Position numbers and translations under genes: made by a program
The notes under the pieces: model-generated
Seen by the model: only the letters and a program-made list of their open reading frames with translations
Databases searched by the model: none
Told to the model about the DNA's origin: nothing
Shown: one piece after another, positions 1 to 12,460 of the stretch
Layout: every line of letters begins with the position of its first letter
Position numbering within the stretch: position 1 is the stretch's first letter
NCBI GenBank assembly: GCA_964016885.1
Contig: OZ024740.1
Span: forward strand, 102,734,001 to 102,798,000
Origin: Eledone cirrhosa
Lineage: Eukaryota
Direction of reading: 5' to 3'
Length of the DNA stretch: 64,000 bases

Positions 1-234
1 TATGTATCTATATAAGAATGGTTCTTATATATTGATGGAAAATCTATAAAACAAATTAGCAGGAAGCATTTGAAAGAAATGTTTTAATTTGCTTAAATAT
101 CACTAGCAAAAGATGAAGAATATAATTGTTTAGTATATTAATTTCTGTAAATACATGTATATCTAAGGGCCAAAAGAACATTGTTGTGTGAGTGTATGTG
201 TGTGTTTGTCATGACAATATCGTTAGATTGTCGA

Positions 235-422
235 ACAACATGCTTTGCGACATAGAGTTGCGGTCCTTTAAATTCTGAGAATAAATCCCGCCAAGGTTAG
301 CTTTGCCTTTCATCCTTACAGGGTCGATAAAATAAAGTACCAGTAACATACAGGGGTAGATTTAATTAACTTTCGTTACTCCCAAAATTGTTGGCCTTCT
401 GCCTAAATCAGAAACTATTATT
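235..422 (+). mobile_element. tRNA-derived SINE family A, degenerate copy
   Basis: Contains the family core ctttgcctttcatccttacagggtcgataaaataaagtaccag and tail ggcctt(g)tgcctaaa..agaaac(a)attatt, seen at many loci in this window. Confidence 0.8.
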
Positions 423-439
423 AACCCTTTAGTCAGAAG

Positions 440-720
440 ACTGCCATTCTACTCATACTCTAATGCGTTGTCTGCCTCGTGGCCTTAGCCAACAGGATGG
501 AGAATACATTACCCCGGGGACGGTGAGGATGACATCCGGAAACAACCACTCTACCTCATGGGGTTTGCACCTGCGGGTAGCCAATTCTGCCCCACTAGCA
601 GTGAGTAGGGATGTGCTCCTTGCCAGAAGTCTCCACCACAAACCTATCAGAGAGTGGCCGATACTTTAACAGTTTACCCCCTTTGGCCTGGCAGGCAGTG
701 AACCCTGGGCTGGTAGCCAA
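440..720 (-). mobile_element. CRE-like non-LTR retrotransposon, 3' fragment
   Basis: Minus-strand ORF 453..641 (ELATRRCKPHEVEWLF) is homologous to the C-terminus of the restriction-like endonuclease fragments at 35467 and 53040. Confidence 0.65.
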
Positions 721-1074
721 ATGCACCATTAGCAAACTATTTTGGCATAACTAGTTTAATCATCACACTCCAACTTCGTTTTCTAGTAACATTTTTAGTA
801 ATGCATAGTTTTTACAATTATGTTAATGAAATAAAAAAAAAGGATTAGGGGCTAAACTAGTTTATTATGATTATTTTGTAATGGAAGGAACATAATACTT
901 TCATAATACTTGAACCAGTCGTTCATTACTTTCGATCGGTATTTGTAGTCACATGAAGAAAAAATAATATCAATCAGCATAATGTGATAGATTTTCTAGT
1001 GGAATGTAATCACTTCAGTAACTATGAATGGCAAAAATAAATAAATAGAATAAACTTTAAACTTTTTTTAAAAC

Positions 1075-1730
1075 TGGGTTGATGCCCTACCCATGGCTAA
1101 CGTTGGTGGCCTACTCAGCTTGGATGAACTTTGTGTCTCCATTGTCCTCAGAGTGGGAGCTGATGTCTGTACGGGTTTGAGGTGTTGATGTGGAAAACTC
1201 GACTCCACAGGCCTCCAGGGTCTTTCTTGCTGCCTGAATGCCGGTTGCTTTGCACATCACACGGAGCTAAACCTTATTCTCAAGAGAGCTTTAGCCCAGG
1301 AAAACATCCCCTCAATCTTGGAACCATCCTGGCTGTCCAGAAGTGATGGGAAAAGACCTGACAGCCTTAACCTGTGGCCTTGGTCGAGAGGCAGATGCCT
1401 TGTCTGGGACGTCACAGATAGTGACTCTTTCGCTTCTTCGCACATCCTGGATGCTGTGGTTAGGGCAAGAGCCACAGCTTCCACAGCTGAACGGAACAAA
1501 ATCCTACATTTTCCAGCCTGTGGAGTTCGAGACGTTTGGCGGAGTCGGGCTACTGACTGCAAGATTCTTATCTTCACTGGCGGCTCGCCTAACAGAAGTA
1601 AGTGGTAAAGCTCATGAAGACACTTGGTTGTTCCATCACTCAAGATAACACTGCTTGCCTCAAAAATCATTAGAGAGCTTTCCCAGTATTCCTCGCAATA
1701 CTGTTATCTTTTACTCAGCAGCGGCTCGGT
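1075..1730 (+). mobile_element. CRE-like non-LTR retrotransposon fragment (restriction-like endonuclease domain)
   Basis: EPSWLSRSDGKRPDSLNLWPWSRGRCLVWDVTDSDSFASS matches the CRE-clade LEP..L.R.DGKRPDG..PW..G..L.WD.T motif; frameshifted. Confidence 0.8.
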
Positions 1731-1849
1731 TGTCCACCCCTTTCAACTGCCTTTTGTTGTATGTGGTCCTAGATGTGTGTTTTTTTTCTTTTTTCTTTCT
1801 TTTCCTTTCTTCTTTTTTTTTCTGTTTTCCCTCTATTATATTTGGTTGG

Positions 1850-2035
1850 TGGATGGCAGTATCGGTAAGGGTCGGACGCCATGCTTTGAAGCATAGAGTT
1901 ACCTCCCTTTATGATCTGAGTTCAAATCCCGCCGAGGTTAACTTTGCCTTTCATCCTTACGGGGTCGATAAAATAAAGTACCAGTAATGCACTGGAATAA
2001 TTGCTGGCCTTGTGCCAAAAGTAGAAACAATTATA
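1850..2035 (+). mobile_element. SINE family A
   Basis: A-box-like tggcagtatcggt, B-box gagttcaaatcc, core gcctttcatccttacggggtcgataaaataaagtaccag, tail agaaacaattat. Confidence 0.9.
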
Positions 2036-2409
2036 TTTGGTTGTGCTTTCGTTCTGTAAGCATTGTATTATTATATCTTTTTATACAACAGTGAATAAAA
2101 TCCTTTTATATATCAATATAATTATAAGCTATACCTTTGAAAACTTATCTCTGCAATATTTCATTGAAAAATATACAGTATTAAGAAAGTTATAAGGGTA
2201 CTAAGTTGGAGGGACACTAAATCGTATTTTTTTTAATGCTTCTAATTGTTTTATTGTATATATGGTCCGTAACTCTCGAGGGAGTCGTAGGGGCAGCATG
2301 TTGACAAACAGTGATTTGGGGGCATTTTAAAACTGGCGGAGCCCATCTCCTCGCCTGGTTTCAATATAGCAGATTTCTTCCAGAGAAGGATAGAAGAAGT
2401 GAGAAAAAG

Positions 2410-2580
2410 ATATAAAGGAAGAATCGATCCGAGTACTACACTGGTTCTTTTTTATCGACCTCAAATGGATGAAAGGCAAAGTTGACCACGGCAGGATTTG
2501 AACTCAGAGAGCAGAGAGCCGAAATGAATTATGCAAAGCATTCTATCTGACGTTCTGACGACTTTGTTAATTCGTCGCCT
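2410..2580 (-). mobile_element. SINE family A, older variant
   Basis: Reverse complement of the core (ttttatcgacc..ggatgaaaggcaaagttgacc..ggatttgaactcaga). Confidence 0.8.
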
Positions 2581-3252
2581 ATAATTGTTTTACCTCTGAA
2601 GTAAACAAACAAAAAAAGAAAGATTCTGTTGGCTTATGAAAAAATACCAAAGTAGGAATTGTTTATTAGTTTTTTTAATATTTTAGTATAACACTGTTGT
2701 TACGATATGTCGAAGTGGCAATCGCATCAATTTAGGGGTTTTAGTTAAAGAAAGTAGCCAGCTAACCACACACTTTATAATTTGGAAGCGAGACAGTAAA
2801 ACTGTGCAAAACTTCCTAAAATTCAATATATAAAGTTCATTATTATCTAAATCCCTCCTTTACAAGAATTCGAACAAAAAATGTTGTATAAATAACATTA
2901 CAAATCGTTTGCAATTCTTTCAGAATGAAAATATAAACGGAGTATTAAAATAACTTATACATACACACACACATACAGACAGATAGACATATATACATAC
3001 ACACACATCCATACATACATACAAGTATGTACATACATACATGGATACACACACACACACACACACACATATTCATACATTCACAAACATATACAATCTT
3101 CATAAAAAGGCAGTGAATTGGCAGAATCGTTGAACAGAATGCCTTTGTTCTGGCTCGTTACTCCCACGAGTTCAATCAAGTACGGCCATGATCAACGTTA
3201 TTTTCAATTTTTCAGGACAAATAAAATCACTTGGGGGGGGGGGGGGGGGCAG

Positions 3253-3495
3253 TGAACCGGGGTAGCTGCTGCAGCGGGTGTCTGGCCAATTTCCGCGGTA
3301 ATGCCTTTGCCATTTTATCAACGGGGTGCAGCTGAAAACAGCCCTGACTGGGCTGTAGTGTCTGTCCATCCCCTCTCCCTTTACTTTGTTGCTTAAGTCT
3401 TTTTTTTTTTTTTTTTTCAGTTTCCCATTTTTTTCTTCTATGTTCCCTTTAATAGCGTGTTCCGTTTTTGTATAAACAGCTTTGGGGAATAAAAT
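3253..3495 (+). mobile_element. CRE-like element 3' tip
   Basis: Decayed LLQRVS..RGNAFAIL terminus, T-rich 3' UTR and aataaa. Confidence 0.5.
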
Positions 3496-3954
3496 ATCTA
3501 GATCTACAAAAATAAAAGAAAATGCCAGTTAAATGCTGGAATGCAACCTTTTCTTACACCAGAAATGTCACATCTGAGACGTTTCTGTTATGTCGCAGCT
3601 GCATTGGGTACTTTTTCTAAAATCACGTAGGACATGGGGCATACTAACCTCAAGTAATACTAGACTGCGAGTAACGGCACCATTATTATATAATGGTAAA
3701 TAGAGAGATTAGATAAAATAGTTGGTAAAAAGTTTAAATTTTGTCGTGGAAACAAAATAATTTTCTCAATCATTGTTATTTCCTGATATTTGGGAACAGA
3801 TATGTTATTTGAAGTAATTAGCAAGGAACACACACGATTTGGATTTTAGAAGAGGAAAGTTGAGCCTTTTCTGTGATATAAGTGACAAAACTAAACTGAT
3901 GTACATGTACACAAACGATGAAAGAGAATCCCGAGAAAAACTGCTAAATCTTAC

Positions 3955-3961
3955 CTGACAT
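3955..3961 (-). CDS. Candidate first coding micro-exon (ATG TCA G|gtaag) of a host gene running leftwards
   Basis: Minus strand reads caacaATGTCAG|GTAAG: good start context and consensus donor, preceded by a CT-rich non-repeat leader (4000-4400). No downstream exon identified. Confidence 0.4.
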
Positions 3962-4394
3962 TGTTGAGAAAACGAACTTGTTAAAGGTCCGAAAAGAATA
4001 TTTAATGTGCTGCGGTTTAAATGTGAGAGTGCGTGTGTTAGGAGAAGGAAAGAAAAAGAGGGTCAGATGCAGTGAATGAGAGAAAATATGAAAGCAAGAG
4101 AGAATGAAAGAGAGTAAGTGTCAAATGAGATAAAGAAATAGAAATATCAATGATTAATAGAGGGAGGGGTGTGTGAGTAATATATAAGGAATTGTAGAGA
4201 GAGTAAAAAATAAAAGAGGAATGAACGATAAATATTGAATGGCTGAGGGAGAGAGTTTAAACGATAGAGAGAGAACGGTAAATATAGAAAAGCAGAGAGA
4301 CTGAGTGAGGAATAGTGGTAGCTAGAGAGTAAGAGTGATGAACGGAGTCAGAGAAGAAAAGTTAAAGAGTGAAAAGAGAGAAAAAGAAATGTGA

Positions 4395-4460
4395 AGGGGA
4401 GGAAATCGTACTGACGGTTTTCTTCAGCAGAATAAAGGGCGTGGTTTATTTACAAGTCTA
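4395..4460. promoter_or_regulatory. Possible core or bidirectional promoter
   Basis: Non-repeat DNA between two divergent candidate exons, with gggcgtgg (Sp/KLF-like) and tgacg half-site. Confidence 0.25.
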
Positions 4461-4994
4461 TCTCTCTACTTGTCACTAGTAGGTGTGATTACTGAGGTTG
4501 AATCTCTGCCCCGAATTAACACACACACACAAATACCGATCAAATGTCAGACAGTGAAATACCATCAGATTGTTTTGTTTGTTAATTTATTAAATCGTCA
4601 AACCAGTTCAACTATGACTGTACACCGAGTTTTTTTTATGTGCGGCGAATGGAGGATACGTGGGTGCTGTGTGCATGGTGGAGTTTTCAAATAAGCACCC
4701 ATCTTGCGTAATTTCTTTGAACATTTCTTTAGATTTCTGTTTTAAAATTACAATCCTCCTTCCCCCCATATTTTTTTTTTATATTTTTAAATATTTTTTT
4801 AATTATTTGCTCTATCTTCTTTCGTAACTTTTTCATTTTGAACATACCGCTCCCATCCCAACAAAATCTCCAAAATTCCAATTATTTCTTTGTTGGCTCC
4901 CAATCCATTCATAGTTTCAGAACGGGTCATAACTGATCACGTCTCCCATACGAATTATAATGTTGATTATATAACTGCTCCCTTCGTTAAAACA

Positions 4995-5060
4995 ATGGAC
5001 TCCCTTCGTTTTAATTTGATTGCGATATTTTTGTATTGTTCGTCTTGGTGTCATTATACA
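4995..5060 (+). CDS. Candidate first coding exon encoding a signal-peptide-like N-terminus
   Basis: aaaacaATG context; MDSLRFNLIAIFLYCSSWCHYT has a hydrophobic core; followed by a possible donor gtttgt. Confidence 0.3.
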
Positions 5061-5111
5061 GTTTGTTTTCTGTAGTTCACTTTAATGTTCTGTTAAACAT
5101 CTTGTAGGATG

Positions 5112-5302
5112 TACGAGATTCGGCTGAAAAGTTCATGGGCTGACGCTCATAGAATGTCCAAACGAGGTTTATTTTTCAACATAGTCCCTGGAAAGAAACA
5201 ATGCAGTTATTAATAAGAAGAGTTGAAATTAATGCATGCAAGGTTTCACAGCTCTAACACTCCTTCATAGTAAGCCTATGAACTTTTCAGCCCATCCTCG
5301 TA
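5112..5302. mobile_element. Tc1/mariner-type MITE
   Basis: TA-flanked terminal inverted repeats tacgag..cggctgaaaagttcat / atgaacttttcagcccatcctcgta; five copies in the window. Confidence 0.85.
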
Positions 5303-5434
5303 GGTACGTTCTCATCAATCAAAGTAAATGTTTTGCAATAATTTTCTTTTACGTTAATACCATGTAACATTTCTTCCCCTAATGTTTTTATGGCAGTTAG
5401 TGTTTTGAAGTATTTGATTATTTCTTGTATTTAC

Positions 5435-5570
5435 AGTATCGGTAGAGCGCCGGACACCATGTTCGCAGCATGTGGTTACGGCTCTTTACGTTCTGAGTTC
5501 AAATCCCGCCGAGGTTAGCTTTGCCTTTCATCAACTTTAATCGACTTTGCCTAAAGTAGAAACAATTATT
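5435..5570 (+). mobile_element. SINE family A, internally deleted
   Basis: gagttcaaatcccgccgaggttagctttgcctttcatc joined to the agtagaaacaattatt tail. Confidence 0.75.
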
Positions 5571-5904
5571 TCTTGGCTTTCGTTATGTAATAGTATACAC
5601 GACATGGATTTTTTTTTTATAAACAAATTTTATTTAAATAAATATTTAGCATAATAAACAGGAAGAAATAAAAAAAATTCTATTATCTAAAAAAGGGGAA
5701 GGGGAAAAAGAGGGGAAGACTCACACCCCTATCTAATAAATAGAAACTCTTAGTCAGTAGTAAATACATACACACCTATATGTGTATTTTTATACAGTTA
5801 TATTACACGCAAACATTAATATATAATTTGAAAATACAGTCGCCACAGTGCAGATGACTATAATAATTGTTGGTAACTAATGAAAGACGGAGCTCTCAAT
5901 ACAT

Positions 5905-6135
5905 GTAGGGTAGAGTATAGGACGGGCATCCAGCCATAGAAAGCTTGCCAAACAAGGGTTGTGGAGACCCTTCAGTTGTGTCAAGGACATGACAACCTCC
6001 CTAGTGTAGGTGATCTACACAATAAATGCACCCAGTACATGCTGTAAAGTGGTTGGTGATAGGCAGGGTATCTAGCCAGAGAAAGCTTGAGAGGCTCTTG
6101 CATTTGGGTCAAGGACATGACAACCTTTCCTGTGC
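5905..6135 (+). repeat. Tandem partial copies of an RTE/SINE tail repeat
   Basis: Two units of ggcatccagccatagaaagcttg..gtcaaggacatgacaacct; the same family occurs at 16860-17105. Confidence 0.55.
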
Positions 6136-6304
6136 CCTTGCATTTGCCAAGTCAAGCCAGAGAACCTGAAGGATTTTTCTCCCTCTCTTAGCTTGCTAGA
6201 TGGAGATCAAAATCATTGGAGCAAGTTCAAGGCAGCCTGGAAACTATAGGACAGCAATATTGTCAATATATCTTTTATACTGTCCATAGCTTAATGGTGA
6301 TAGA

Positions 6305-6422
6305 TACAAGGTTCAGTTGAAAAGTTCATAGGCTGGCTATGAAGGAGTGAAAAATAAACCTCATTTGGTCATGCCATGAGAGTATCTTGGTCAGCCTATA
6401 AACTTTTCAGTCGACCCTTATA
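6305..6422. mobile_element. Mariner-type MITE, deleted copy
   Basis: TIRs tacaagg..tgaaaagttcatagg / cctataaacttttcagtcgacccttata. Confidence 0.8.
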
Positions 6423-7834
6423 TGTACTTTGCCCACAGACCATACAGATTCAAGACTTATGTGCACTTTGGACCTTACCTCTGTACCCACCACAACCACA
6501 TTAGCATGATCCTCAATTTCACAACATCATTATCTAATTTATTTCCCTATCCCCACTATCTAAACATGCAGACTCCCACCCTTCCAATCATTACAAACAG
6601 TTCTAATACTACTTCACCACCACTAATATTATAACTACTACATCTAACATATTGTCTATAATCACTATGGAGCCAGTGTCAAACTAAAAGTAGTTGGCAT
6701 GCAAGTCAGTGCATGGTGATGGCTCTAGATGGCAGTTGTGCCTGTCATGGTGGTGGTATAACTGTATGTGTTGGTGCTGGTGTGTTCAATTATTCAATAT
6801 TGGCATGTATGTACATGTGTGTGTATCTATGTAGTCATTTATTATAATTACAGATGCAATAAAACGCTTATTGCCATCTAAAGCAGTCCATCCAAAAGAG
6901 ATCACATTAAGTGGTTTCCACTGTGTATGTGTATGCGTGTACAAAAAAAGGGTGTGAGTGAGAGAGAGGGAAGAAACAAACATATATGGAAGAGTCTTAA
7001 CATAACTGATAAGGTGGATCAATATACGCCAACTAAGAGCTGCAGAAATGTGTAAATATGGAGACATTGATATGGTAACACCCTGAACAATGATCAATTT
7101 AGATGTCCATTAATTAACGGTGCATAAATTTATGACAGGTTACATCAAGTGGCCATGTGATCAAGTTACATTAACCAAATCATTAACCAGAAAGATCTTA
7201 CCCTAGGGTAAACATTTAAGATACATGTATTCATGGCTGTAGAGAATATCTATCTAATGTTATTTGAAGCAACAATTTACTATGGCTTCCTCATATTTAC
7301 CAGATAGATATTTAACACATGTATATGCTGACTGGATAAATTGATAGTGTAGGTTAGTGGTTCTTAACCTTTATTGCACCATACCTCACCACATCTCAAA
7401 ACATTTAAGGCCACCTCTGCAGTATATAAACATGTTTTGGGTTAAAAAGTTATGCAAAATTTAGAAATTTACAAAAATAAAAATTAAAATTTAATTGATA
7501 TTACTAAGATGCCTGAAACCACCCTGAGTTTAAGATACAAAACTGCTTTTTTAAAAATGTTTATCCTTATCTTAAAACCTTCCATCATAATTCTATTTAA
7601 AAAATGTTTACTGAAAAACGTTTTGGGTTGTATTTGAAATTGCCCCCAAAATTTTTTTAAATACCAAATTTGTTCAAAATCCCTTCAGTAGGTTTTGAAT
7701 GAATGAAAACAAAGCATGTAAATATTGACTGGTTAGATAGACACATTGAATGACAAATACGATTAATTTCAATAAAATGGTGTCCCTTCTTTCCTTGATA
7801 TTCTAAGCATTCCCTTATTTTGCTTAATGTTTAA

Positions 7835-8105
7835 TCCAGCTGTGGCCAAGTGGATTAATTGTAATGTTGGGAGTTCAATTCCTGGACTGGGTGGTATGTT
7901 ATGTCCTTGAGCAAGACATTTTATTTCATGTTGCTCCAGTTCACTCTACTGGTAAAAAAATGCGATACAGTGACACTGATGCCAAGCTGTATCAGCTTTT
8001 GTCTTTACTTTGGATAGAGAATATTAGCATGTGTGGGTAACTACTAGTCTTCCACAAAAAACCTTACCCAGATTTATGCCTTAGGGAGGAAGTTTCCAGG
8101 TAACA
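7835..8105 (+). mobile_element. tRNA-derived SINE family B, degenerate
   Basis: gagttcaattcc B-box then ccttgagcaagaca..ttatttcatgttgctccagt core. Confidence 0.7.
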
Positions 8106-8429
8106 TCATTGGGGATAAAGTGGCCAATTGGCATGAGCCTACAATTTTAAGAGAGTTAATTTGCATCAAGTATTAATTCCTTCATTCAGTTCTGTTACTT
8201 GTAAGTACATCATGTACTCGATATATATATGTAAGCCATGCAAAATTCATATGTTTAGTACAGGTTACTAAAACACCTGAACCTTTCATTATCACATTTC
8301 TAATGAAATACTCTGCCTGTGATTTTCAATACAGTTGAATATGATCAAGAATTTTGAGGGATTCAGTAAAATAACTTTTTTCATTTTTAAGCTGGTGTTT
8401 GAAATTTAACTTATCAAAATTGTCTTACG

Positions 8430-8631
8430 TATGAAGATGAGCTAAAAAGTTCATAGGCTGACTAAGAAGGAGTGATGTTAGTGTTGTGAAATCTTGCATG
8501 GATTAATTTCAATTCATCTTATTAATAACTGCATTGTTTCTTTCCAGGGATTATGTTGAAAAATAAACCTCATTTGATGATTCCATGAGAGTATCTTGGT
8601 CAGCCTATGAACTTATCAGCTGACCCTTATA
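8430..8631. mobile_element. Mariner-type MITE
   Basis: Same TIRs and internal sequence as 5112-5302, in the opposite orientation. Confidence 0.8.
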
Positions 8632-10646
8632 ATACTATCATGGAAGGTTTTAATTTAAGTATGAACACTTTAAAACAAAAAACTTTGCATTATAGAACTA
8701 GAGTGGTTTTAGGTGGACTTGTACCTGAAGGATTAATGAGTAGTTTGAAATGGGGCCTATATTTCAGATATAGCCTAGGCCTATTACCAATCTGGAATGG
8801 GCCTGCATATATGTTAAATGCAATGTGCAGTTATGACGGGTTGTATAAACAGAGTATTTATATCTGAATGTCATTTACAGCTAATTATTGCCAATCTGAT
8901 AGCAAAGAAGACATTAAAGCGATACAAATCATCAGTGAGGTAATTATAAAGCATTCAATTATTAATGGAACCAATAACTAATGTCTGGCTCTTATTTCTT
9001 CATTAAATTGAACAGACATTAGAAACATTTCACAAATACATGTTGACATATGTAACATCATTACCACCATCACTACCACTTTAATTACTAACAGTACCAC
9101 TAATATCCCCACTACCAATACTGTTGCTGTTGCCACTGTAATTACCAATACAACCATCACCAACACTACTACTTCTGTTACTACCATAAGACTCCCACCA
9201 CCACTACAATCACCAACACAACCATCATCAACACTATCACTACCATCATCATCACCATCACTTAGACAACTTTTATCACACACTTTAGAGTATAATCACA
9301 CACACATGCTTACTTATGAAAAAGTTTGAAATCTTGATTATCTTTTCTGATTTAGAGTATTTTCTTAATTTTTAAACAGATGAGAACCAATTTGTTAAAA
9401 TTCAAACGTCCCTGATATTCACACCTGATGTGTTATTGCTTCAAGAACTATGATGTATAGAAGTCACTTTTGGACACATCCATAGACTCACTGCTCATCC
9501 TTACACTAACACCAACATTTCTCAATGTTCACTACACTACAGAACATAAGATGTTGTCTAATCCTAGATCAGCTACAATCAGTGACATTCCAACAATGGC
9601 CATCCTATCTTTTATTCAGACAAAGTGAATCTATGATAACATTATCCAATGTGTTCTTCCATGAATAAGATGGTACAATGTAATTTGAGGGAGATTTGGC
9701 AGCTAATCTATATTACTAAAACAGAGAATGTCTGTTTGTCTGTCTGTCTGTCCAATCACTAAAACTCAAGAACCACCCAACCGAGTTTTTTCAAACTTTA
9801 CACATGTAATACTTATGTGCGTGTTTAAAGCAAAAAAAATTTCAAATTTTCAATTCCCTAGGCACTGCATTAGGTGATTTAGCGATCTCTGTCTATAATT
9901 CTTAGTCTTTCTCTTTTTAGATAGATACATAGATATAACTTCGCGCCCTTATAATACCTGTCTGTATGCCTCACTGTATAGGTACCCCCAACAACCATCT
10001 TACGTATGGTTGTAATTGCAGAAATAGAAGCATTTTCCCCTTAAATGGCATCTATTTGATTAATAATGTAATATATTAATGACCTGTATCGACTACTGAC
10101 TCCAACAAAACATATATAGGATCTACATCAAACACATTTAAGAAAAGATATTACGCACACTCTAGTAGCTTTAACAATACTAAACTAGCTAACAGCACAT
10201 CTATAGCTGAAGCAGTAAATAACTATAAAAAATAAAAACATAGATTTCAAACTATCGTGGAACACCATTCTACAAAGAACTCCATATCTTGGGAACAGGA
10301 GAGAATGCAGGTTATGTTCAGGGGAGATCTTGGAAATTACTAAATCTAAAGACGATTTATTGAATAAACGACAGGAACTGATTATAGTTTGTAATCACCA
10401 TATATGAAAAACATTTAAATACTATAAACCTAATTAAATATTCTAAATAGCAACTCACTATAATTCTATATGGCGTAACACTTGTTAGTATCCCTTGCCC
10501 CTAAATATACGCATTCAGGCTTATTTCTTACCTTTTCATTTTATAGCTTCCTTAGATTTATGCGTTAATGACTAAGGGCAACAAGGTACACAACCACCCG
10601 TAACTGCATGAGTAAATATGTATATCTATGTATGTATGATATGTGA

Positions 10647-10679
<33 letters not shown>

Positions 10680-11552
10680 AATATATGTATATGCGTGTGT
10701 ATATGTATGAGTGTTTATGTTTGTATAGGTGTGTATATGTATATATATATAAAAATATATGTGTATATGATTGTGTGCACATATGTAGATGTATGTATAT
10801 GTTTACATCTATTTATGCGTATGTATATTTTTAGTTGAGTATCAATATAACTATACCTCTATCTATAATGTGGGTATATGCACTTTGTGATCTATGAAAT
10901 TTATGCGTTTTGACTATGTCAACATGCATTTATCTGAGTTTGATTATACACATAGACATACTTGAAAGTATTTTGTATTACACACATAGACATACTTGAA
11001 AGTATTTTAAGGCGTATCATACGCTGTATTATACTATGTACAATGTACCACAACGTACTATATTATGTTACATTATATTATATTATTGTATTACTATATT
11101 TCATTATCTTATAATAAAGTACCAGTAATGTACTGGGTAATTGGTGGCCTTGTGCCTAAAATAGAAACAATTATCTTATCTTATTATAATTTTCATCTTT
11201 TAATATACTATCTTTCCTGGTCATGACCTTAATTTATATTCACCTAAAAACTCCATACAACACAACTCAACATTTAATTTTTACATTCCTTTTAAACTTC
11301 GATATACCATATACATTCAACTATCAATTTGACAATCCCCTTTTTCCTAATAGATTCTTTATAGCAATTCTATTGTTAACACCATTCAACCATTCCTTTC
11401 AAAGTGTCATGACCTCAACTAAAGTGAATTATTTTTCATTTTAACATCATATGGAAAAAAACAATCTGATTGGTTTGTTCTTCAGCTACCTCCAAATAAG
11501 GCCATAGAACTCAATTTACTACTAATTTACTACTAATTTTGAATAAAATTCT

Positions 11553-11694
11553 CATTGCTTTTGACAACAGCTGGTGATATATATGTAAGTAAATATTTTC
11601 CTTATCTGATATTTTGTAACTAACCTTACATAGATCGATAACGAAGTATGGTTACGATGTATTATCATCACCTAGAAACGATCGTAAAGCAGTG
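11553..11694 (+). ncRNA. Degenerate type-I hammerhead ribozyme, sense to the PLE
   Basis: Stem I cattgctt/aagcagtg (8 bp); core TTGACAA (2 changes from CTGACGA); long stem II ggtgat..atcacc; GAAAC-GATC-GTA with palindromic loop III. Confidence 0.65.
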
Positions 11695-11794
11695 AAGTAT
11701 ATTTCTAATGACTTGAATTTTTATTTCATTGTTTTAACTTATATCATGACTCTGTTTTCCTTTTAATGTTTTATTGTTTTCCGGGATTTATTTT

Positions 11795-11845
11795 AACCTA
11801 CAACATTTTCAACATATGGATTACATTGAGTTCTTCATGCAGACT
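11795..11845 (-). ncRNA. Degenerate type-I hammerhead ribozyme, antisense to the PLE
   Basis: Minus strand agtctgc-ATGAAGA-ac..gt-t-GAAA-ATG-TT-gtaggtt; 7-bp stem I with G-U pairs; one core substitution and a 1-nt loop III deletion. Confidence 0.5.
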
Positions 11846-12114
11846 GGACCCCACAACTTACCGTGGATATCTCTGTATATATATATATATATATGTATAT
11901 ATATAATTATATATTCCTGTACAGATATTTGTGCATACACAATAACAAAATATAAACAAAAGTATTTATTTCGCGATAAAGTATTGATTTTCTTCGCACG
12001 GGAAAAAAAACCTGGTAATGTACGACAAATTTTTTTTATAAGCACAAAATGTAGACACCATCCCTAGGCCGAGGTATTCCGTACTTCTCTGTACTGTTAT
12101 ATATATATATATAT

Positions 12115-12460
12115 GGAGGCACATGGCTTAGTGGTTAGAGCATTGGCCTTGCAATCGAAAGATTGTGAGTTCAATTCTCAGACCGGGTGATGTGGTGTTT
12201 CCTTGAGCAAGACACTTTATTTCACATTGCTCCAGTTTACTCAGCTGTAGAAATGAGATGATAGGGACTGGGGTCCCTATCATTCCACTGCAAAGTGGTC
12301 GTGGAGGTGCCACGGCAAAAAAGCACCCAGCACTCACTGTAAATGAGGTTGGTGTTAGGAAGGGCATCCAGCTGTAGAAATCAAGCCAGCATCAGTTCCC
12401 GTCCCACCCTTGCAAGCAGGGAAAAAGCGGACGTGAAATGAAATGAAATGATGGTGATGA
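12115..12460 (+). mobile_element. SINE family B with RTE-like tail
   Basis: ggaggcacatggcttagtggttagagc A-box, gagttcaattc B-box, ccttgagcaagacact core, ggtgttaggaagggcatccagc tail, (gat) end; inserted in (TA)n. Confidence 0.9.

Larger units (their letters stand above)
9960..11870 (+). mobile_element. Penelope-like (Naiad-type) element, 3' part: Cys linker, GIY-YIG endonuclease, 3' UTR/pseudo-LTR
   Basis: Manual translation of ~10010-10400: CNCRNRSIFPLNG..NNVIY* ..KTYIGSTSNTFKKRYYAHSSSF..CRLCSGEILEI..LLNKRQELIIVCNH. Confidence 0.85.

Noticed and set aside
2588-2625. Minus-strand acceptor directly followed by a donor (ttcagAG|gtaaaa), a possible recursive splice site
   Set aside because: Short motif in T-rich DNA beside a SINE, with no independent support.
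12115-12190. tRNA gene
   Set aside because: A and B boxes are present but lead into a SINE core and tail; no complete cloverleaf.
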